From: Vicugna vicugna
Lineage: Eukaryota
Assembly (NCBI GenBank): GCA_013265495.1
Contig: MU058531.1
Span: 2,170,911 to 2,234,910, forward strand
Length of the DNA stretch: 64,000 nucleotides
Direction of reading: 5' to 3'
A program made the position numbers and the translations under genes. Each line of letters opens with the position of its first letter. The stretch's first letter is position 1. Under the pieces are notes generated by a model. It searched no databases. It was not told the DNA's origin and saw only the letters and a program-made list of their open reading frames with translations. Shown here one piece after another: positions 1 through 11,600 of the stretch.

Positions 1-1700
1 CTTCTTTATGAAGACAATATATATATAGTCTTATATATTCTTGTATATAAGTCCTTTGTCTGATTTATGTAAATACTTCCTCCCAGTCAGCAGCTTGCCA
101 TTTAACTTTCTTAATGGGGTCTTTAGAAGAGGAGTTTTAAACTTGAAAAGCTTCAATATGTCCATTTTTTCTTTGATGGTTAGTGACTGAGTTTTGCCTA
201 CCAAACTTCAGAAAGATTTTCTCCTGTTTCCCTGTAGAACTTCTCAGTTTAATTTCTAAATCTGTAGTCCTTTTTGAGTTAATTCTGTATATACTGTGAG
301 ATAAGGGTTAAGGTTCAATTTTTTTTTTCCATAAGGAGATCCAATTGTTCTTGAAACATCAGTCGAAAAGACTGTTTTTCTCCCATCAAAGTACCATGAT
401 ACTTCTGTCAAAAATCAATTGAAATAAATGTGGAGATCTATTTCTGGGCTCTTCTCTTCCGTTGATCTATGATTATTCTTAGGCTAATATCTACTAGCTT
501 GATTATAGTTTCATATAAGCCTTTCTATCAAGGATAAATGTGTTCTTTTTTAGAATTATGTTAGCTATTCAAAATTCTTTGCATGTCTATGTAAAACTTA
601 AAATCGGTTCGCAAATGTCTACTCAAAAAGCCTGTGGGAATTTTGACCAGCATTGCTTTAGAAATCTACAGCTAAATGGGGGAGAATGGAACTGTCTCCC
701 AATCCATAAATATGATGCATCTTTTTATCTGGGTCTTTAAAAAAATTTCCTTCAGTAATGTTTTGAAGTTTTCAGTGTACAAGTTTTTCACATTTTTGAA
801 AATTTGGCCCCTACTTAATTTTTTGGTGCTATTGAAAAGTATATATGAACTTTGTGCATATTATACAGATATAAAATTGATTTGTTAATGCTGATTTATC
901 TTTTGCCACCTTGTTAATTCAGTTATTAGTAGCATTTTTCTAGTCCTTAGGGATTTTTGGGTTTTGGTGAGTTGATATTGGTACGTGCTCATGCCATCTG
1001 TGAATACAGTTTCACTTCATTCTTCCCAATCTTTATTGCACTGACCAGGACCTTGTATACAAGTCTGAAGAGAAGTAGTGAAAACATACATCTTGGTGCA
1101 GGGTCAAAGTGTTCAATATTTTATCCTTAAATATGATGTTACCGTTAAGTATTTTGTGAATTCCCTTTATTAAGTTGAGCAAGTTCCCTTCCATTCCTTG
1201 TTTGTAAAACACTTACTGTATCCAGCGAAATGATCACGTGGTTTTTCCTCAATTCCGTCACTATGGTAAATAAAACTAATTGATTTTCAAATATTATACT
1301 AATCAACTGTATAAAAGATTCCTTTTCAAACATTGCTGGATTCAAATTGCGAATATTTTGTTGAAGACTTTCGGGACTTTTTAAAAGGGTAATTGGCTTG
1401 GAGCCTTCTTTACTTGAAATATCTTTGTCTCATTTTGGTATAAGGATAATACTGGCTTCACAAATAGGGTTCCCTCCTCTGTTTTCTAAAATCCTATGTA
1501 ATATTGGTATAATTTCACCCTTAAGTGTTTGCTAAAATTCCCCAGCAAAGTCGTCTGGGTTTAGAATTTTCTTTGTGGAGAGGGCATTCATTCAATTTCT
1601 TAAAACAGATAAAGGAATGTTCAAATTTTCTATTTCTTTTCATGTCTGTTTTGGTAATTTGTGTCTATCATCTAAGCTGACAAATTTACTGGTATATAAT
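1..1700 (-). mobile_element. Old L1 (L1M-type) fragment, ORF2 3' region, antisense
   Basis: T-rich, decayed L1 antisense motifs (e.g. gtcaaaaatcaattga, gtttcacttcattcttcccaatc, ttgctggattcaaattgc). Confidence 0.75.
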
Positions 1701-3378
1701 GTCTAAACAAAGATAAAGGGGACGAAGGCCAGACTTTCCTTCAGGTGAGGCTCAGCTCCCGACTACACACTGACCATGTTATTAGGAGATTCTTGGTGGA
1801 GCATTTAGGGGTGAGGAGTCATACCATCTGCAACCTACTGAGAGACAGGGAGTAGGTGCAGCAAACACCATAAAACTGGTGAATCCAGGGTGAAGGGTAT
1901 ATGGGCATTCACTGTACTATTTTTACAACTTTTCTGTAGATTTAACATTTTTCCAAAGAGAAGTTAAATGATATATTCATATTCCATAAGCCAGTAATTT
2001 AAAGAAATAATCAGAAAACACACACATATTCTGCATAAGGAGTTTTATCATGGATCAAAGTTTGAAAAACACCCTAAACATCCCACAAAGAGGATTTGAC
2101 AAACAACTACAGTATGACACAAAAAAACCCCAACAACAACAAAAAACGACAATTTTGTCAAAGCATTCATGTGGAAAATTCTCAATACAGACAGACTATT
2201 GAAGGAAAAAGCTGTAACACTGGCTATATGACCCATTCTATATGCATGGGAAGAAGACTGCAAAAAAAAAAAAAAAGTAAAAAATGTAGTTGTCTCAGAG
2301 TGGTGGGATTACAGGTGAACTTGACTCTTCTCCATACTCCTCTTCTGAATTTCTTGAAGGATGCCAGATAATCTCATCACTCTAGGGACAATAGAAAGGA
2401 GCGCCTGTAATTGATTTAAGGGGTTAGCAAGCCAGGAGGCATGTGTCTGGATTAACCCCAACAAGGGAGATCCTGCAGGCAGTGGTGATAACTGGCCACA
2501 AAGGAGCCCAGCAGAGTGGAAACATCAGTGGACTGGAGGAGAGGCACACAGACTCTGAGTTCTGGTCTCAATCCCTCTAAAATAGGCAAAGGTTGGGAGA
2601 TTAAGTAAGATGGCACCCATGAAAAGGTAAAGGTTCAGACAAATGTAACAGCAACTGCCTTTCTACTTTGTCCCACAAGTACATTAATGACCTTGGTACC
2701 TATTATTACAGGAAATCCACATGGACCAATGAGATCTAGAGAGAGGGGAAAACCACCCCAAGCCATAAAAGTCGGGATGACTCCAGGCCTCTGGATAGGG
2801 CAGCTGCATCACCCCGAGCACAATGCTGTGTGCGCTGCACGAGTGTCCTAGGCTGGAAACTGAGGAACCAGCAGAATTTCTTCTTGAAAGGCCTTTTTGA
2901 GTCAGCTAGTAACCACGAGTAGAAAGATTATGAGCAGACAGGGAGCCAGAAGCCAGAGATGAGACAAGATATCTGCTGAACCTGCTGCTGGAGATATGGC
3001 AGGAAGATGCAAAGACTAGCTGTAGAGGAAAAAAATATTTCTTTCTACCTTAAAAATTTTCCTCCCTGTAATGCCTGGGACGAGTCTTTCTGAGTTTTGG
3101 GTCAATGACGACACTCACAGCAAGGTTCAGCCTCTCACACCAAGATTCCTGTTTTATGAAAGTGATCTACTCTTAAGAGTGTGAGACTGACCCATTTATT
3201 TGATCACATCACTATTAAATCATATTCAGATTCACTTAAAAAAAACTCTGCTTTCTGCATTAAGAACAATGAAAGCAAGAAACTGTCAAATCGAGATACT
3301 GAGAGGTAGGATTGAGGACTGGACACTGAAACTGTAAAAATAATACAAATGCAAACTCCAGCAGTGAAATTCAGGCGA

Positions 3379-3384
3379 TTTATT
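3379..3384 (-). terminator. Candidate distal polyadenylation signal AATAAA
   Basis: Followed on the minus strand by a GU/U-rich tract (GAGTTTGCATTTGTATTATTTTT). Confidence 0.5.
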
Positions 3385-5273
3385 GTAAACAGGATCACCC
3401 TAGCACTCCACCACACACTGGCTGTGTCACATGCTCTCTCTTCCACATCAACTAGTGAAAAAGAAGACTTTAAAAAAAAAGTCGCAGGCAACTAACACCT
3501 TAGTGTGTTTCACAAATCTCATGTACTGGGCACTGAGTAAAGAGCCGTATCCGGGGTAGTCTGTTATTGCTCACGGACTGCAGCTTGCACCCATTTAGAT
3601 GAATCCGTTAGTATGCCCGAGTGATCCAGTGGTAGTTCTAGATCAAATCTGGAAACCAGACAATGCTGGAGCACGCTGAACAGCAATCACAGGTTCCTGG
3701 AAGACTACATGACATGCCTTTCAGATTTCTTCATGTGACTTTCTCATAAAAATGATACTGTTGATTTCAAACCCCCCCCTTTTAAAAAAAGAGTTAAAAG
3801 TTATCCAATAGCACATAATTTTCCACAGAAAAGGTATAGGTGGATCCTCCAGTGGTAGATTTAAACACTCAGGACTAGGTTTCAATCCCTCTCATATTTA
3901 TTTGCAGTTTGATGAAAAGCTGCATAGTCTACAAATGCATAAAACCAGAAGTTAGTGATGACTCACGCACCTTCTGATGGACAAAGACAGGCTTCGTACT
4001 AGGAAGCTCTTGAAGGTAAGGATAAAAAGACGGTTACAGCACCACATTTATCTGACGGTAGACATGGATCCCTGCTTTCAGAAGCAGCCTCCACAGTTGT
4101 GATTATCATTCTTGCCCCAGATTCAGATTATTGGGAAAAATGGCAAATGTGAAAACTTAAGATGTGAAAAGACATGACTCTACAGAAAGAAGTCCTGGCA
4201 AATCAACTCATATGGAGGTAAAATGTCCTTTGAAAATGCCACTCTTTACTTTGCCTGAGTTAGCAGACAGCAGGGCCACTTACTGTTTCTATTATCTGTA
4301 TGTTTCCAATTGCTCTTGAAGTTTTATTAACAGTAAATATTTCAAAACAGCTGTTAAATCTACAGTAACAATTTCATCTAAAATATTATCTGATGAAAAA
4401 ATATTCTTTAAAAGTTCACTCCAGTCACAATCTGTGTGTTCATATGTTTATATTTATATTGTCAAAAAATAACTTAATACTTAAGGCAATATTAGACTGG
4501 CAGCAAGAAGGGATTTTAGTCTCGATGGAGATCACACTATTTAAGAACCCTAAGCTTTCTTTTTTATACCTTCAAAAACGTGTCTTTACACTTGTTGCCT
4601 TTTAAATTCATAATGGGGCAAACATTTTGGTTTGTATACTGACTGCAATTTTACAGGTGTTTAGAATAGCTGATGTTGGTAAAGCATGTCACACACTCAG
4701 TGGGATCTGAAGTCGACCCTATTTGTATTTGTTAAATAAATACAGTAACATGTTGATGGGAAAAAGTGAAAATGATGGAACACTGCAAACCAACTATGAA
4801 CAACAAGAATATCAATGTAAGTCAATCAGAAACAAACAAATCACAGAAATCCTGAGAAATTCAGTTTGGGACAAAATTGATGTATGGTAAGTCTGTATTT
4901 CTAGCACTGTAAATAAGTAGGATGTTCTAGAGTTTTCCAGCATTTTACTAGTTTGAATAAAAAACATGTTCAAATTTTATAAAAAGATTAAAACCATGCC
5001 TTATATAATCAGCAAGTTCACTAATAAAAGAAAATTACATTGCTCTGTTCATTATCTGCCAAATGTAATGTTCTCCATTATTTACATGAAACCATTAAGT
5101 AGAAAGCAAAATTGAGAATCAACTTTTAAAAAGGTATTTACCTTGCTGTATGTTTTGAAGTCTTTTCTGTCAACCTAGGAGACTTTTAGAAAAAAGCTAA
5201 CATATTTTTCTTCTGAGAAGTGACTATTTTACAGAATAGGGAAGGAAGATTCTATAGGAATATCATTGATCAT

Positions 5274-5279
5274 TTTAAT
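5274..5279 (-). terminator. Candidate proximal polyadenylation signal ATTAAA
   Basis: About 280 nt after the stop, in a U-rich context. Confidence 0.4.
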
Positions 5280-5561
5280 TATTGTTATATAAGGGACATT
5301 TCTCTTAGTAATGAAAAGAAAACTTTTAAAATATTTAAGAGGCATGTATTTTAAAAATACTCTACATCTATAAGATTTTATGATTTAATTACTTTGGATT
5401 TTTAAAAAATATTTCTACATAATGACATTTAATGACTTTTTTTTTCCTGTTTGTCTCTCTAATAGTGAACTAGAAACTATTAAAGTGGCCAAGATTGTTT
5501 TCCTAGCCCTTGGAAGACTCAGGAATGCATCCACTTGCACTTTTCCGCCCGTGGGGAATCT

Positions 5562-5657
5562 TCAGAGTTTTGCAGCCATGAAGTTAATATGTGGTTTCAC
5601 AAGGGGAAACAGTGGCAAACCACGCTTGAACTCGGTCATGTTCTGAATCACTTCAGG
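5562..5657 (-). CDS. IDE: IDE exon 25 coding part (96 nt) [32 protein letters not shown]-terminal PTS1 AKL
   Basis: ctttacag|CCTGAA...AAACTCTGA. Confidence 0.97.
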   Translation of the reverse strand, partial: PEVIQNMTEFKRGLPLFPLVKPHINFMAAKL

Positions 5658-8600
5658 CTGTAAAGGAAAAAAAGTTTTCTCTTAGCGTATTTAGCCTAGA
5701 AAGAAGAGTGAACAGGACATCAGCCTTTTTTTTTTTTTGCACACACACACTAGTTTCTACACCATATATTATATATTATGTCTGCTGATCCCTCTTCTAG
5801 GGCCAGAGGGCAGATGCTTGGCTCTCCTCTGGGCGCTCAGTGGTGGGCAAACCGAGGTTCCAGCACTGAGGCTTTGGTGGCATGGTGTGCCCATCTGGCA
5901 AGGGCCTGCTTATACTGCCAGCTCCTCTTCCTGCAAGTAAATGTCAGCCTTTCCAGATGATTAAAATGCACAAGCACCATGGAGAAGACTGGGGACAAAT
6001 GTGACTGGAGACGACACTGCAGAGTAATACAACTGTTCAAACCAGAGACAAAGGCAGACAAGGGCAGAGGTTGAGTCTCTGCAGCTGAAAAGGAAAAGAA
6101 CGGTGGCCTGGTCTTTAAGGGAGCCCTAAAGTAGAGGCCCGAACATTTGGTGACCTGAAACCTCTAGGTCTTACGTGCCCTGGTGAACAAGCTCCTTCTA
6201 AGTAGGGAGTCCTCTAACCTCTAACAGTGCAACCTAACATGACATGTACATTTCTTACTTGTGGCAAGGCTGGTGCTTCTGACAAATTTATATCATTTTG
6301 ACATGGGAATTCTCCAACCACAGGACCTACAAAAAAACGAAAGGTTTAATGTCTTGCACTTACTGATACTAGCATACAAAAGCAACTTTCACCAAAAACG
6401 AACAAACAAAAACAAACCAGACTCAGCTCACTAAAAAACTGCACCAGGCCCATTCCATGTACTTCTTGAAGCCTCTCAGGCTGCATGCTCCCAAGGCTTT
6501 GACTGCTCGTCCTGCCTCCTATCCAGAGTCCCCAGCGATGGCTGATGGTGTTACTGCGCTTATGCAGCCTCAGCAGCAGCTGCTTTAATGCCCAAGTCTG
6601 AGCTCACTGGGCCCTGAGCCTCTGGTCACATGGAAGGGCCCAGTAAAACAACTGAGAACGCCAGCGGAGTTCACGGTCATGGGGCAAACCCTGGCTAGTC
6701 AGAGACAGAAGACGGGAAGGGCTGAACGGATAAATTGCTCACCCGTCCTCCCCATGTGCAGTGGTTCCACACAGCTTCTCTGGAGATATCCTACCAGCAA
6801 CTGGCCATGTCTTCTTATAGAGCTGTCAGCCAGCTCAGCACTGTGCCATCGGGTGTTGGCACTCCCTCACTGCCTCATTTCCCTTTTCCTCTTATTTTTG
6901 CTTTGATAGATGAGACCCTGTTTCCAATGAGTTCACCTTCTGTGCCCCTTTACCTCCTGGTGCTCTGTAAGGGATGTGGCTATGGCATGGGACAGCTATC
7001 ACGTACTTAAAAATATACTTAAAAAAAAAAAAAAGAAGTCAATACTCAATACTTACAAGAATCCATTTCTCTGGCAAGAACATGGACAGATACCTTATGT
7101 CTCCTCGGGGCATCTATCGCCAACATTTCCTAGGCGGGAAGAATAGCAAGGTTACCCTTTTGTCTCACTAAGGAACCTAAAATGAGGTGATCTCTTACAC
7201 CCATAAAGTATCACCTCTCAGAAAGTCAGAAACAGAAAAGCGGCCTCCCTTTCTTTGCCCTCATAGTATTTCATTTAAACAAAGATTAGGAGGGTAGGCA
7301 AGAATTATTCTTAACCCCAACTTACAGATGAAAACAGTGAGCCCAAGAAGATGAAGTGCTCAAACTCCCAGGCTAGTAAGTACCTGGGCTGGGGTTAAAA
7401 ACCTGGCCTAGGACTTATGGGGGTGTGACACAGGGCTGCACCTAGTGATCGTCAGTGTCTGCAGAGACAGTGGCCTGAGCTTAGTCAAGGGACAACCACA
7501 ACGCCTGTTCTCCTAAGAACCTTCTCAGCTTCTGCACTAGGGCACTGCTGTGGTTCCTCACCTACCAAAATAGAAGAAAACTAACATTCCTAAAGTCTTG
7601 CCTTGTATCAGCCTCTCTCTTATGTTAGCTCACTTGATTCTTTTTAAGCTAAGCATTACAATGGTTCCTATTTTAGAGACTTGGATGCTAAAACACAGAG
7701 GATATGATAGACTGTAAGGATGGTCTCAGACATGAGGTCTGCTTGTCCTCTCCATCCCACCACGATGCTTGGAGGGACTCCCCTTAGTTACTGCCAAGAA
7801 TGCCAGGCGTGGCAGGCTGGCAGAAGGATCCCGTGGGGAAGTGTCTCCTCCTTTTCCTTTTCCTTAGTGCTGGACCTGTATCTGCCTTTTCCAAAGGGAA
7901 AATACACCTTGTAATGAAGCTTCCCCTGATGCCTCAGCCAGAAGTATTGTTTTGTATCCTCAGAGAAAGACATTGTCAGCAAAGCTAAGCTGACTCCCGG
8001 TTATTTACAGAGCAGTTATCATATAAGTCTGGCCCTGTACAGCTACAGTGGAAGCCCTGCTTGCAGAACAAACCCGACCACGGCTCCCGCCAGCTGGCGG
8101 AGCAGCCTCTTTCAGGAGCTTAGTCCAGGTTTGCCTCCAGTAACATGCAGTGCCTCCTCTGAGAGCACTGTACTTACTGGAGTAAAAAAGTAAAGGTTGG
8201 CTTCCAAAGATCTATTCTAGATCCCTTTTCACCCAAACTTTCATTGCTCTCTTAAGCTGTATTGGTAACAGTCGAACACCCTCTTCAGTTTGAGACTGTT
8301 CAATTTCCCGACCATCTTAGAACAATCCCCATTTTTCTAAAAACCAATGAACCAACCAACAGACTCACTGCTTTTCCTTCCAAACTGTATTCTAAGGAAC
8401 ACTAGAGTCTTAGGAGATATTTACAGATATTCTGTGCAAAAAAGAGGACCCATAGTGAAATCATTTTAGGAAATATTTTGTTAATCGAAACTATACAAAT
8501 GCTGGGCTAAAGAAATCTTGACTATGCAGCTTCTTAGAACTTTTAAAAAGCTAACAAGCTCTGTGATTCTCCAAGCTTGGGAATAAAGAGTGAGGTCATT

Positions 8601-11600
8601 CCCAAACTTACATGGTCACGAAACCCTTTTTGCTAGGTACCCCTTATCTTGTAGAACACGAGTGTACCACAGAACATAGCTACGGAAATGCTGTCCTAGA
8701 TTTAGCTTAAGCTTGGTAATAAATACTCTTATTTTTTATGACAAGAAAGAGTCAGTCATTTTCACAAATTTAGTAATCTGGTACCACTTGTAACTTCAAA
8801 TGAATGTCAGAATTTGCAGAAGGAAAGACAAATCTTCATTTCTTCTGGAAACATTACAGTAAGTTATGTTTAAACATCATTCTTTTCGAACATATATAAC
8901 TAATAATGCTTTAAAATGGATGTCTTAAGAACCCAAAAGAGCTGAACATGCCTCTTTTGCAGGCAACTGAGAACAGATAACTAACCTCACAAAGTTTAAC
9001 AGTCTTAAGTAGTAAATCAACACAACTAAAACTTACTTTATAACATCAAGTAGGAAAATATACTCTGATTTGAAGCATGCTGATTAAAACATTTAAAATC
9101 GCTGGGATTAAGTATTACTAATAAAGAGATAACAACAATAAAGACTATTTATTTAATGCTACTCAGTGCCAACCACTTTACATACTTCATGTCAACGAAT
9201 TCTCCAATTAATCTCTATTTTGTAAATAAGGAAGCTTAAGTAACTTGGCCAGGGTCACAGAGCTAGCTAGTTGGTGATGGAGCTGAGACCCAAGTCTGTG
9301 TTCAGAAACCACATATGCTCTGGCTGCTGCCCCACAGGTAAGAGAACCTTGGAAGAAGCTGAGGTCACTGAGTGAGGCTGGCTGGCGGAGAGCCGGGCGG
9401 CGGGCGTGCGTCCTGGAGCACAGCTCCTGCAGCTCTCTGCCCCTCACAGACCTACCGCAGAGCTCTCTTCACAGACACGCAGAGTATCTGGCCTTATACT
9501 TCAGATCAGAATCTTGTCTCGTATATTTTTTATTAAAAAATGTGTGTTCATTACATACATACATATTTTAAAATAGATTATTTTTTAAAGCAGTTTGGGT
9601 TCACAGCAAAACTGAGTGGAAGGCTCACAGATTTCCCACATACCCACTGCCCCTTTACAGGTCTAGCCTCCCCCTTATCAAAATGTATGTATTTTTAAAA
9701 GACTATCACTGCCAGAGCAAGACTAGTTTAGATGAGACTGTCTTCCCCTACACAATGCAAGGGAGCCATGAGGTAAAGAAAATGGTAACGTGCCCAGCCA
9801 GCCACTTCCATAGCCAACATGACTCACATCCCATTGCTGAGAAAGGTACATTCAAAATGCTGCCTTTTACTGTCAGATTTTAAGGCTAAAATTGCTGTTG
9901 TCTTTCTTTTCTTATTGCTAAGGCGTTACTGGCTATATTAATATTTGTTTCCACATGCAGAGTCCAGCAGCCTTGTTCTGCAGAGGATCTGGGGGAAGAA
10001 GTCTAAGTAACTGGTAGACGGTGCAAGGTATCCTTTTCCTCTAGGAAACTATCAGCACCCGCAGGTCAGGGACTATTTCCTTTCCCTCACTCTCCCACAG
10101 AGCGGCAACAGCGGTGGATTAGATGTGATTAGCCTTTACTGTACAACTAACTTGACAAAATCATCCTAATGAGAACTGCAAGTATTGACCCTCATATGAG
10201 CACTTACGTTCCTGAAAAATGACAATGTAAGGCAGATGATATCCCTCCAAAGTGATGTTAGCACAAGGCAGGGCTGAGTTCCTGACCAAACAACTGGTGC
10301 CTGATAAATCAGATATGAACCAGGAGAAGTGGCTAAGGATGCTAAATAGGGTATAATTCTAAGGCACAGTGGTAATTACAGAGTATAATTATGCTCCTTG
10401 TCCTACAAAATAATAGACATAGAAGTATTTTACGCAAGTTAGAGGCCCCAATACATTACAAAGAATACATGTTAACACTTTAGGCACAACTCTACTGCAG
10501 TATAAGTTTTTAATTTCTGCACTTAGCATGCTTATTACATATTATATGCCCACTTAAAATTTTTGCTACTCTTAGAATTTTGTTATAGGTGGGGAAATTT
10601 TAGATGGTGTAAACCACTTAAAGCTGTACTGGGAAAACTTTAATGGTGGTGTCTCTCTTTTTTTCTTGATAAATGTTCTCAGTGAGCATAGGCATTTAAA
10701 ACTTACAAGATCTTGGAAAACATTTCAAAGGTGAGTAATCACTTATTTAAAAAAAGAGCCACAGTGGCACCTAAATGGGTGAAGATGATTAACAGTTGTC
10801 AGAGACTGGAAAATAATCTGATTCTCAAGTTTTATTTGTTTTCTATGCTCTTTCTTCCCACCAGAAGCTCAGCAGTGTTCTTTGTGGGCTGGGGTGGGTA
10901 ACAGAGAGAAGAAACAAAAGGGTAACCTAGGTGAGATCTGGGAAGCCAGGAAGGACTGTTATAGTCCTCAGTCCAGTGAGAGAGGAAAACAGTACTGGGT
11001 TCAATAGAAACTGTCTATTTTTCCTAACACTAATATGTGTCAACAATCCTTACATCCATAAAAGTGCCTTCACAAATCCTGCCTGAATAGGTTCAAACCA
11101 GGAACACACAGCACAGTGCATACAGGAGTTTCTTCCCAATTAAAATCTAAATATGCAAATTGAACTTACCTTATAGAATTTGATAATATCTTCCTTGGTA
11201 AGTGTCTTTAAATATGCAACTTCTGTATTATCTGAAAAAGTAATCGAACAGGAATTTACCAATATTTCCATTTTAAGTAGCTCAGAATACCACACTAAAT
11301 GATAATATACTTCACTCCAATACTCTTAAGTATCCATCTTTTTAAGTGATCATATGCTTCTGCAAGTAGTAAGGGAATAAATTTCAAGTAAAAAGCAAGA
11401 GGTTATCCTGGCTCTCTACCTAACAAGCTGCTGGATTTGGGGATAGTCACTTCAACTTTTCTGCACTTCAGTTTCCTCATCGGGAAATTGGAGATAACAA
11501 CTATTTAACTGATAGTACCATGATGCTAGGGCAAATGGGAAGTGCTCAATAAGTGGCACTTATTATTAATAGTGAGTGGGCCCAACTGCAGAAAATTACA

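Larger units (their letters stand above)
3180..5561 (-). other. IDE: IDE 3'UTR (long form; distal end uncertain)
   Basis: AT-rich stretch with no recognisable repeats after the stop, with ATTAAA at 5274-5279 and AATAAA at 4323-4328, 3897-3902, 3379-3384 and 3195-3200 (minus strand). Confidence 0.6.

Noticed and set aside
5415..5564. Stop-codon readthrough extension of IDE
   Set aside because: The context is TGA-AGAT, not TGA-CTAG. The downstream open stretch ends without a targeting motif and would mask the AKL PTS1.
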